DNA of 64,000 nucleotides, from NCBI GenBank assembly GCA_031551125.1, contig JAVBOB010000001.1, forward strand, positions 1 through 64,000, in the 5' to 3' direction. The notes below the pieces were generated by a model, which was given only the letters and a program-made list of their open reading frames with translations, had not been told where the DNA came from and searched no databases. Source of the stretch: Bacteroidales bacterium. Lineage in GTDB: Bacteria > Bacteroidota > Bacteroidia > Bacteroidales > UBA932. This document shows positions 9,484 through 17,563 of the stretch, piece after piece; positions within the stretch are counted from its first letter, which is position 1, and every line of letters begins with the position of its first letter. The position numbers and the translations under genes are program-made.

Positions 9484-10200
9484 CTAACTTCTGAAAATAG
9501 ATTTTCCTTCCCGTAGTGGTTCATACATGGCTTTACTGTCAACATAGTCGCAGTAGTCGTCCATTTCGTCCAGCTCCTCGGCCTCCTCTTCGCTCACAGG
9601 GTCAACCAGTATATCATGATTTATGAGATGGTAGAAAGCCCTATCGCTCATAAACTCAATATCGTTTTTCACCTTGTTGCTCTTGCCATTGTCAACACGA
9701 TATTCGTTGCCGTAAGCAAGCTTAAAGCTGATAGTCCCTTCTATTTTAAAGAAATGCTCTTCGGGATAAAAGAACCCGGCTGTAGCATTGCCTTTAATAA
9801 TGGCAAAACAATCGTTGTAGTGCCCAATAATTGCACCCTCCACGTCAACATTTCCCTTCACCTCAAGCGTGCCCCCTGTTATAAGATTTTTCGCTTTCAG
9901 ATTTCCTCCCACATAAATGTGGGTTGCCGGCTCATCATCGTAATGTTCCAGCAGGCCGTTAACCGTTAAGCTTCCTGTTACTATTAGGTTGCAAATTTCA
10001 TCACCTAATTCCAAATTGCCGTCGATAACCAAATCGCCAATGCAAACAACGGTATCGCATTCCATATCGTTGCTTTCAGCATAGTTCAGATGCCACTCCA
10101 TAAAATTTTCTTTAAGCTCCGAAGCGCTTAGTGTTTTATGGATTTCGTCCATGCTGATTTCGCCTTTTATCAGGCTGCGGGTATTTTTTAGTGTTGTCAT
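9484..10200 (-). CDS. paralog 4 of the beta-solenoid-like domain family (238 aa)
   Basis: IGDLVIDGNLELGD..NLIVTGSLTVNG...IYVGGNLKAKNLITGGTLEVKGNVDVEGAIIG; acidic C-terminus. Confidence 0.55.
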   Translation of the reverse strand: MTTLKNTRSLIKGEISMDEIHKTLSASELKENFMEWHLNYAESNDMECDTVVCIGDLVIDGNLELGDEICNLIVTGSLTVNGLLEHYDDEPATHIYVGGNLKAKNLITGGTLEVKGNVDVEGAIIGHYNDCFAIIKGNATAGFFYPEEHFFKIEGTISFKLAYGNEYRVDNGKSNKVKNDIEFMSDRAFYHLINHDILVDPVSEEEAEELDEMDDYCDYVDSKAMYEPLREGKSIFRS

Positions 10201-10247
10201 TTGTATGTTTTTTCGTGTAATTCTTGGTTCTTTTTAGGCAACGACGT

Positions 10248-10628
10248 TTAGTATTCGGGTACTTGAGCGGTAAACTCTACACCATCAACGGTGCATGATT
10301 TAGCGTAGAGCGACAGGCTACAGCTTGTTTGTTCTGACCCCGGATAGTAGCTGCCGTTTTCGTAAATTTGATTTGCCAGCTTTACTTCGCGAAATACCAC
10401 GCTACGTTGCTTACTTCCGCCGATTATAATGGTAACATCCGCCGATTGGTATTGCCCGGCGGCAAGACGCAGTATGGGTTGTGGTATTTGTTCGTACCAC
10501 GAAAAGTCTAAGGATATTTGACCATTCTCAGCATTTACGGGAAGCCTGTAGCTGTAAGAGTAAGTGTTGTATTTGTACACATCGGTTTTGCCTGTACTTG
10601 TTCGTAGGGTTAGTTCCAGCTCTATCAT
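10248..10628 (-). CDS. hypothetical small protein (126 aa)
   Basis: Compact ORF between two repeat-family genes; no motif recognised. Confidence 0.4.
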   Translation of the reverse strand: MIELELTLRTSTGKTDVYKYNTYSYSYRLPVNAENGQISLDFSWYEQIPQPILRLAAGQYQSADVTIIIGGSKQRSVVFREVKLANQIYENGSYYPGSEQTSCSLSLYAKSCTVDGVEFTAQVPEY

Positions 10629-10687
10629 AGTGTTATAAGTTATTATGGTTATTTTGTTATTCGTTGTTATTTGTTGAGGCTCCGTTA

Positions 10688-10834
10688 GTAGCCGAATCTT
10701 TGTAGTAGGTTTGCTCTGTCTGCTGTTCGTTCCGTTAGGAGCGACATCTTATCTTCTGTTTGAGATGCTGCTCCTAACGGAGCAGATTTGCTATACGCTT
10801 TTTCTTTCTACAAAGATGTTGCTCCGTAGGAGCA
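10688..10834. repeat. S-module copy
   Basis: GGCTCCGTTAGTAGCCGAATCTTTGTAG ... CCGTTAGGAGCGACATCTTATCTTCTGTTTGAGATGCTGCTCCTAACGGAGC ... CTACAAAGATGTTGCTCCGTAGGAGCA. Confidence 0.8.
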
Positions 10835-10841
10835 AATTTAC

Positions 10842-10957
10842 GGTCATTGCGAGCGAAGCGAAGCAATCCCTGCGCTATATATCGCGCTAGTTAATCCATG
10901 CATTTGACACACAGAGATTGCTTCGTGATTCAAAAAGCGAATCACTCGCAATGACGG
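10842..10957. repeat. H-module copy abutting the stop codon of CDS 10965..14135
   Basis: GGTCATTGCGAGCGAAGCGAAGCAATC...GATTGCTTCGTGATTCAAAAAGCGAATCACTCGCAATGACGG; a hairpin-forming, likely terminator-like element. Confidence 0.8.
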
Positions 10958-10964
10958 GCGGGCA

Positions 10965-13900
10965 TTATTTACCGCCTTTTGCCTGCCAGGCCAAGAAGTT
11001 TTTGTCTTTCTTTAGGTCTGCAAAATCGCCAAAGTCGGAATATTTTGACAGTACGAAGTCAACAATACGGTAAGCCTCATCGGTGCGACCCAGCTTAAGC
11101 AGAATGCGCACTTTCGTATCGTAAATGTAGTAGTGGCTGCTACCTTCAATACAATCTATACCGCGTTCAACGGCTTTTAGCGCTTCTTCCAGCTGTCCTG
11201 TTTCCATTAAGAACCATCCAAGCGAGTTTCCGGCTTCGCGGTTTACCTCTTTATGGAACTGTCCCTCATCGGTGAAGACCCAGATTAAGCCAACAGGCGG
11301 AACCAGCTCTAAGGCCTTGCGGTTGTATGCAATCAGCTGTTGCAGGGCAGCCTCGCGCTCTTTGCCGTCTATGTTGGCTATTAATCGGCCTAAGCAGTAC
11401 ACAAGCCCGTAGTAAGTGTATTGTAGGTTGTAGGTGGTGCAGGGCTTGCCCGATTCGAACAGCGTAACGGCTTCTTCGAACGTTTTCATGGCTTCTTGCT
11501 TTTTGCCGTTAACCATTTGTTCTGCGCCTTTCTTTACAATTTTATCTACCGCACCTTCCTTTTCCCTTTCCCTATCAATACTCTTGCACCTTCTAAGGTC
11601 GAACTTAACGCCTGTGGGGAAGGTTTCGAAAATGCGCTTAAGCGTAGCCTCATTCAGCTGGGCGTACTCTAGCTTTACCTCTTTGAGGTTTTTCAATGCA
11701 AAGAACGATTCGGGCAGCGTTTCCAATTCCGTAAAGCTGATGGTAAGCTTCTGTAGCTTGGGCATATTGGTAAAAGCGTTTTCGGGCAACCGCTTTAGGC
11801 ATTTTCGCTCTACAATGTGCTTACCCGCTTTTGAGCTGTACTCCTTTTCTTCGCCCCAGCGGCTTAGGTCTAGCTCTTCCAGCGAGGGGATATTCCATAT
11901 TTGCGGCAGTTCCAACAGCTCCAGCTTAGCATAAGGTCTTGAACCGCCGTCGAGGGTTAGCTTGCGCAGGTGTGTTAGCTTGGAAAGGTCGCAAACCTTT
12001 TCAACCAAACCAAGGCAGTCAATCTCAAGTTCCTCCAGCATTTGCAGCTTAAGAAAGCGGTCGCCAATTTCGGCCAGCGGTAAGCTTTCCAGCTTAAGCG
12101 TCTTCAGGTTTTTTAAATCGAATATTACGGTGGCCTTACCCGTTATTTTACAGATAGACAGCTTATCCAAGCTGTCCAGCTTAGCCATTGATTGCGGCAG
12201 GTCGCAGCATGTTTCCTGAAGATAAAGTTCCTTTAGCCCGCTCAGGTCACCGATTTCGTTGGGTAGCGATTTCAGGCTGTACAGGTATTTAAGGTTGAGT
12301 GATCGCAGCTCCTTCAGCTTACCAATCTCTGCAGGAAGAGTTTCCAGGCGGCACAGGTACTTAAGATTGAGCGAGCGTAGCTTCTGCAGCTTACCAATCT
12401 CTGCAGGCAAGGTTTCCAGTATGTTATGTTCCAAATCCAAATCTTCCAGCTCGCTCAGCTCTCCAATGCGAGGTGAAAGCACCTCGAGGTCGTTATTGCT
12501 AAGGTCTAGCACCTTTAGCTTAGTAAAGCGGAACAGCTGCTCGGGAAGTTTCTTTATGTGCCTTCCGGACAGGTCTAATCTTGTAATCTCATCAGCGTTT
12601 TTTAGCAGCTCGTTCAGCTCTTTTACCAGCGCTTCACTGGCAGGCATGGCATTTTTGCGCAAGATAGGCGCACCTTCCTGCATAGCTTTTCGAATAGCCC
12701 GGTAATCCATGCTTTCGCCATCGTCATCTATGAATTTTGGAAGCAGCGCTTTTAGGGCCTCATCACTATCAAAGTCAATGGCACAGTTCGTCTGGTAATC
12801 GTTGATAATCATTGCTTCCGGCTGCTTTGCAAACCACATACTGAAGTATAGTATGTTCACAATAAGCTTAGCTCTTGTATTTCCGCCTATGTTCAGCTCT
12901 CCTCCGTCATCGCCAAACATTCCCATAATGCCATTTTCAACCTCCACGTTGCCTCTTATCGATACGTTGGCACAGCCGCCCAGCAAAAGGTTTTTTGCCT
13001 TAACGTTTCCGGTAACCAGCAAAAAGCTGCCATCTAGGTCGGTAGCCCACTCAAGGTCGCCATCTACTATTAAATCACCATCAACAATAAGGTTGAATTC
13101 GCCACCATTTACCGAGCCAACGTGCAGGTTTCCCTTGTGCAGGCAGGTTTCTTGCTCATCTGCAAAATCAAGAAAGGGGAAGTTAATATCCTCGGATATT
13201 TTGTAGGTTTCCTCTGCCTCTTCCGCATTAACAAGCGCAATAATTTCTTTGTAGTTTTTATCAGTCAGGCTTTGAATGTTTGTAGTTTGAGAGCTTTTGT
13301 TGCTGCTCTTTGCTTCGGCAGCTGCTTTGGGTTTGGCTACTGTAGGCTCAGCGGTAGCAAGCCCGTTTTCTACATGGTAGTCCTTAATCAGTTCGGCCAG
13401 CTCGGTAACAACCGAGTAGAACGTCATATCGCCCTCGTGCCAGCCATCGTTCATGCCCAAATCCTGATAGTCGAAGTGGCGCACCTTCATTTCGCCTGTG
13501 GTATCGGCACTGCTAATAACGTAGAGGTAGAAACGTTCGCCTTCGGGGCTGGCGCAAAACAGCAAGCCGTCATTCATAATTTCTCCTTCCTCATCGTAAT
13601 CTTCAAACTCCTCGCGGTATTCGCTGGTTTGCTCTACCATTTCTTCCGGAGAAAGCAGGCTCGTATTATTTCCGCTGCCCTGTCCTAACAGCTCACCATC
13701 GAAGTAGAACATTCCGTAGCGGGTAACGAAATCGGTGTATGAAGCAGGTAGCTTCACCTTTAGCTTTTTTTCTGCCTTGGCTATTTCTTTTGCTGTAACA
13801 AGGTCTGAGAATTCAACCGATTCTTCAATACCGTTTGCCTCTAACCATTCATTCAGCTCATCTAACACCTGCTTTGCCTGTTCGGCCTGAGCTGTTGATG

Positions 13901-14135
13901 CAGAGGCTGTGGTTACAGCACCTTCCGTGGCAGCCTCAACGTAGCCTTTTTTTGTCTTTTCAGCAATCAGCTTATCGGCTTCTTTTTTGCAGGCAGCTTC
14001 ACTATCAAATGATTTGCTGCCGGTTTGCCCCGCTGCACCTACCTTACCATAGGTAGTTGTGAGTTCAGAGCCATTTACCTCAATAGTCCAAAACTTGTTC
14101 GACTTATCGTCCGTGTAGATGAATGTGCACTTCAT
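10965..14135 (-). CDS. paralog 5: giant multidomain protein WGR - SUKH (SMI1/KNR4-like) - beta-solenoid-like domain - leucine-rich repeats - TPR-like C-terminus (1056 aa)
   Basis: WGR: DDKSNKFWTIEVNGSELTTTYGKVGAAGQTGSKSF...KTKKGYVEA. SUKH: EIAKAEKKLKVKLPASYTDFVTRYGMFYFDG...GLLFCASPEGERFYLYV. Shared block: NLIVDGDLIVDGDLEW...GSFLLVTGNVKAKNLLLGGCANVSIRGNVEVENGIMGMFGDDGGELNIGGNTRAK. LRR: LDLSGRHIKKLPEQLFRFTKLKVLDLSNNDLEVL...LDLEHNILETLPAEIGKLQKLRSLNL. The tail is TPR-like and helical. Confidence 0.7.
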   Translation of the reverse strand: MKCTFIYTDDKSNKFWTIEVNGSELTTTYGKVGAAGQTGSKSFDSEAACKKEADKLIAEKTKKGYVEAATEGAVTTASASTAQAEQAKQVLDELNEWLEANGIEESVEFSDLVTAKEIAKAEKKLKVKLPASYTDFVTRYGMFYFDGELLGQGSGNNTSLLSPEEMVEQTSEYREEFEDYDEEGEIMNDGLLFCASPEGERFYLYVISSADTTGEMKVRHFDYQDLGMNDGWHEGDMTFYSVVTELAELIKDYHVENGLATAEPTVAKPKAAAEAKSSNKSSQTTNIQSLTDKNYKEIIALVNAEEAEETYKISEDINFPFLDFADEQETCLHKGNLHVGSVNGGEFNLIVDGDLIVDGDLEWATDLDGSFLLVTGNVKAKNLLLGGCANVSIRGNVEVENGIMGMFGDDGGELNIGGNTRAKLIVNILYFSMWFAKQPEAMIINDYQTNCAIDFDSDEALKALLPKFIDDDGESMDYRAIRKAMQEGAPILRKNAMPASEALVKELNELLKNADEITRLDLSGRHIKKLPEQLFRFTKLKVLDLSNNDLEVLSPRIGELSELEDLDLEHNILETLPAEIGKLQKLRSLNLKYLCRLETLPAEIGKLKELRSLNLKYLYSLKSLPNEIGDLSGLKELYLQETCCDLPQSMAKLDSLDKLSICKITGKATVIFDLKNLKTLKLESLPLAEIGDRFLKLQMLEELEIDCLGLVEKVCDLSKLTHLRKLTLDGGSRPYAKLELLELPQIWNIPSLEELDLSRWGEEKEYSSKAGKHIVERKCLKRLPENAFTNMPKLQKLTISFTELETLPESFFALKNLKEVKLEYAQLNEATLKRIFETFPTGVKFDLRRCKSIDREREKEGAVDKIVKKGAEQMVNGKKQEAMKTFEEAVTLFESGKPCTTYNLQYTYYGLVYCLGRLIANIDGKEREAALQQLIAYNRKALELVPPVGLIWVFTDEGQFHKEVNREAGNSLGWFLMETGQLEEALKAVERGIDCIEGSSHYYIYDTKVRILLKLGRTDEAYRIVDFVLSKYSDFGDFADLKKDKNFLAWQAKGGK

Positions 14136-14336
14136 GGGTTGTATAGTTTTGTTATTTAGCCGCTTAGCGGTGAATTTTGGTTTGTTGTTGCTTTGTTGGG
14201 CAAATGTATGGTTTAGGGAATGTATAACAGGTAAAAACTACGATTACATTTTGTATAGGTTTGCGTTAAAATGATGTATACAATTTGTATACATTGCTAC
14301 TTTTCGTTAATTTTGCAAACCCTCAAGCCATTAGTA

Positions 14337-16166
14337 ATGAATAAAATACTTTTGTCTATATCGTTTATTTTGATTGGATTTGCCGCTGGCGCCCAACAAA
14401 AATTGATAGACTCTCTTCAGCGTTACAGCTACCAGCCTGATATTAAGCCGGAAACATGTGTGAAAAGTTTGGCTGACTTAGGCTATTTAATGCGTTTTAC
14501 AGATAGGAAGCAAGCATTGCTTATTGGTAATGAGGCAATTAAAATTAGTTGGGGGGTTAAAGATAAGCAATACGCCTCTTACGCTTGGATGCGTATTTAT
14601 AATACCTACCGGGCTATAGATAGCGTGACAATGATACTAACATCTATTGATAGCGCGATGTACTACGCTAAGCAAAGCCAAAATCCGGTGGCTTTGGGAA
14701 ATGCTTATCGAATAGAGGGCAACTATGCATACGCCAAGAATAACGTTGAGAAGGCTGTGCTTGATTTGCTGAAGGCGTTGGATTATTTGAGAAACGAAAA
14801 GGGGCAAGATGAGCCTATTGGGCTGGTATGCTATATGTTATCAAGTATATTTGTAACGCAAAAAGATTTGACAGATGCAAAAAAATACATTGATGTATTG
14901 ATGGCTTATAGCAGCAAAGACAACTTTGACGCAATGAGCTATGCGAACTTTTCCTATAGCAGCTACTACTACTATCGATTTAGGCAAACGGATAATATGG
15001 CCGATTTGGATTCGGCAATATACTTTTCCGGAAAGACCTGTGATATTTTCCGCCAGCACGAGGATGTGCTGCAAGTTCGCTTTGCGGCAGGCAATGCTGC
15101 GCTAAATCTTGCCAGCTACCTGTGGGTTAAAAATCCTGATACACCTCAAGATACGATATTCAAGTACACCGGAATGGCAGTAGAATGGGCAAGCAAAATA
15201 AGAGATATGGCTGTGATTGCCAACGCTTATGGGCTAATGAGTGAGTACTTGTGCCAAGACGGGCAGCACCAAAAGGCTGAACGTACCTTGCTGATGTCTC
15301 TTAAAATGCTGGAGGATTTTGACGCTTTCCCTTCTGTAAAAATAAATATTGGAGCAGCGCTGTTACGATGGGCGGAACGATACGGGGGTAAGGACGATAT
15401 AATGAAATACCATAACCTTTACCTAAACCTCTACAAAGCCACTTATGATGCAAAGCAAGCCGCTACAATAAAGGAGTTAGACGCGAATTTCAACCAGGAG
15501 AAGAAAGAGCTTGAGATAAACGCTCTTCAAAAAAAAAATGAGTTCAACCGAAAAGTAATTATCGGGACACTCATATTTTGTCTGGTAGTTATGGTATTCG
15601 CTTTCCTGTTGTCCCGTTCTATAAAGAAGTCTAAAAAGCAGCACAAGCTGTTGCTAGCCTCACTGGCTAAGGAAGCCGAAGCGGAAAAAAAGCTGACAGA
15701 GGAAAGGTCTTTACGCTCGGAGTTAGAGCACCGGTTGACTTTGCAACAAAACGAACAGCTGCAGAAGGAAGTGCTGGCGGGGGCTGTGCAGCTGCAACAG
15801 AAAAACGAGCTGCTTGAAAATTTGCGAAAGGAAATTCAGAGTAGTGGACAGAAGCCCGATTTAGATAGAATTATCAAGGATAACTTGGATGGCGACGATT
15901 ACTTTGAGGACTTTAAATCGTTGGTAAAAGATATTCACCCCGATTTCTTTAAACGCTTACAAGCAAAAGCGAACAAACCGCTTACCGACTTGGATTTAAA
16001 GTACTGCGTATATATTTACATGAACATTTCATCAAAGCAAATGGCTTCTATGCTGCACGTGGAGTACAATACCATACGTATGAACAAAAGCCGTTTGAAG
16101 AAGAAGTTCAACCTGCCTGAAGCTGATAATCTGGAACATTTTATAAAGGGTATTGCGGCGGAGTAA
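14337..16166 (+). CDS. membrane-anchored TPR-repeat regulator with a C-terminal LuxR-type HTH
   Basis: Signal-like N-terminus MNKILLSISFILIGFAAGAQQ; a TPR-like region; one TM helix VIIGTLIFCLVVMVFAFLL; a coiled coil; and the HTH LTDLDLKYCVYIYMNISSKQMASMLHVEYNTIRMNKSRLKKKF. The track ORF starts at 14271 but I prefer the ATG at 14337. Confidence 0.6.
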   Translation: MNKILLSISFILIGFAAGAQQKLIDSLQRYSYQPDIKPETCVKSLADLGYLMRFTDRKQALLIGNEAIKISWGVKDKQYASYAWMRIYNTYRAIDSVTMILTSIDSAMYYAKQSQNPVALGNAYRIEGNYAYAKNNVEKAVLDLLKALDYLRNEKGQDEPIGLVCYMLSSIFVTQKDLTDAKKYIDVLMAYSSKDNFDAMSYANFSYSSYYYYRFRQTDNMADLDSAIYFSGKTCDIFRQHEDVLQVRFAAGNAALNLASYLWVKNPDTPQDTIFKYTGMAVEWASKIRDMAVIANAYGLMSEYLCQDGQHQKAERTLLMSLKMLEDFDAFPSVKINIGAALLRWAERYGGKDDIMKYHNLYLNLYKATYDAKQAATIKELDANFNQEKKELEINALQKKNEFNRKVIIGTLIFCLVVMVFAFLLSRSIKKSKKQHKLLLASLAKEAEAEKKLTEERSLRSELEHRLTLQQNEQLQKEVLAGAVQLQQKNELLENLRKEIQSSGQKPDLDRIIKDNLDGDDYFEDFKSLVKDIHPDFFKRLQAKANKPLTDLDLKYCVYIYMNISSKQMASMLHVEYNTIRMNKSRLKKKFNLPEADNLEHFIKGIAAE

Positions 16167-16172
16167 TAGCGC

Positions 16173-16257
16173 CGTCATTGCGAGGCGTTTTTTGCCGAAG
16201 CAATCTGCTTACTTTGAGCAGATTGCTTCGCTTTGCTCGCAATGACGATGTTGGGGG
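16173..16257. repeat. H-module copy directly after the LuxR-like gene stop
   Basis: CGTCATTGCGAGGCGTTTTTTGCCGAAGCAATCTGCTTACTTTGAGCAGATTGCTTCGCTTTGCTCGCAATGACG. Confidence 0.8.
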
Positions 16258-16272
16258 TAGGTTTGGTCTTAT

Positions 16273-16446
16273 GGCTCCGTTAGGAGCCCCATCTTTGTGG
16301 CTCACAATGCTTATCAGTATTTCATCGCTCTGTTAGGAGCGACATCTTAATTTGTTGCTGATTTTCATAAAGGAAGACGCCGCTCTGTTAGGAGCGGAAA
16401 CGATTTACTCATACTATTTCTACAACGATGTTGTTCCTACGGAACA
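16273..16446. repeat. S-module copy (more degenerate)
   Basis: GGCTCCGTTAGGAGCCCCATCTTTGTGG ... CTCTGTTAGGAGCGACATCTT ... CTCTGTTAGGAGCGGAAACG ... CTACAACGATGTTGTTCCTACGGAACA. Confidence 0.7.
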
Positions 16447-16460
16447 AGCCCGCTGCTCCA

Positions 16461-17405
16461 CTACATCATAAAGAACATGGCTACGCCAAGCACGCTGATA
16501 ATTGCGCCAGCTACCTCGCGCGCTGTGATTTTTTGCTTAAACATCCAAGCGGCAGGTATAATAATGATAACGGGAACAAGCGCCATAACGGTTGTGGCAA
16601 TGCCCGTTTCAACGTAACGCACGGCCATTAGCGATAGCGATACGCCCATAAACGGGCCGCAAAACGAACCTACAATAATGCTTCCCATAGCCTTTCGGTC
16701 TTTAAGCGAAGGACGTATGCGGTAGCCCTGCCGAGAGAAGTAGATAACCAGCGCAAAACCTACGATTCCTGCTATAATGCGAATTTGTGTTGCCGCAAAG
16801 GGTATGTAGTATTCACTTACATTCAGTGTAGATGGTATTGATGCTGCATACACTTCCATTCCCTTTTTGCTGAGTACAAGCCCTAAACCTTGCCCAACAG
16901 CTCCGCCTACTGCCAGCAAAACGCCGTATGTAGGTAGCTTTAGCTTCAGGAACGATTTCTTTTCTTCGGCTTCACCGCGCCCAAAAACGGCAAGTCCAAT
17001 ACCTGTCATGGTAACCAGCATGGCCAGCATACCCATGGGTTCAATACGTTCTCCCAAAATAATAAAACCGAAGAAGGTGGCTACCAACGGGGTTATTGTC
17101 ATGATTAGCTGAGAGAAGCGTGCTGTAATAACGAGATAAGAGTGGAACAGGCATAAGTCGCCCAGCACAAAACCAGCGGCTCCGGATAGCAACATCCACA
17201 TCCATGTTTCGGCGTTTGCCCCAACGGGTAGCATGTTTCCGCTGGTAATGTATAGCAGGCAGCCCAACATTAGTCCACCAATAATTAAGCGGAAGATGTT
17301 TACCATTAGTGAGCCTACCCGTTTGCCCGCATACTCGAATGCTAAGGCTGAGCCTGTCCAAAAGAAGGCAACGGCCAGAGAGATAATTCCGCCAAGGTGA
17401 GACAT
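16461..17405 (-). CDS. DMT-superfamily (EamA-like) transporter
   Basis: 314 aa and about 10 TM helices, with the typical duplicated EamA-domain hydrophobic pattern. Confidence 0.7.
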   Translation of the reverse strand: MSHLGGIISLAVAFFWTGSALAFEYAGKRVGSLMVNIFRLIIGGLMLGCLLYITSGNMLPVGANAETWMWMLLSGAAGFVLGDLCLFHSYLVITARFSQLIMTITPLVATFFGFIILGERIEPMGMLAMLVTMTGIGLAVFGRGEAEEKKSFLKLKLPTYGVLLAVGGAVGQGLGLVLSKKGMEVYAASIPSTLNVSEYYIPFAATQIRIIAGIVGFALVIYFSRQGYRIRPSLKDRKAMGSIIVGSFCGPFMGVSLSLMAVRYVETGIATTVMALVPVIIIIPAAWMFKQKITAREVAGAIISVLGVAMFFMM

Positions 17406-17563
17406 TTGGTTTAGGTTAAGGGTTGGTTTTTGCTGCGCAAATGTAGCGGATTTTGCAGCACTTGGTATTTCATAAAAGACTTTTCTCGCAATAACAAAAC
17501 CGTGCCTTATATTTTTTATCTTTACCCTTTAAATCATCTCCTTTTCATTCAATCAAAATCACC

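Noticed and set aside
10248-10628. 126-aa island protein considered as a possible Hcp/TssD-like T6SS tube protein
   Set aside because: Only a vague size and beta-strand-periodicity resemblance. No conserved Hcp motifs could be aligned by eye, and no other T6SS genes are in the window.
11434-13688. Several 130-190-aa plus-strand ORFs inside the 1056-aa minus-strand gene (11434..11934, 12259..12705, 12802..13206, 13122..13688), and similar Ser/Ala-rich antisense ORFs inside flotillin (21446..21979), mfd (28642..29373) and metH
   Set aside because: They are antisense to strongly supported long genes, and have biased low-complexity composition typical of shadow ORFs.
6687-16446. The recurring palindromic repeats could have been a CRISPR array
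   Set aside because: Copies are irregularly spaced (kilobases apart), differ in orientation, are separated by full-length genes rather than short uniform spacers, and are internally nested palindromes of 90-170 bp. No cas genes are present.
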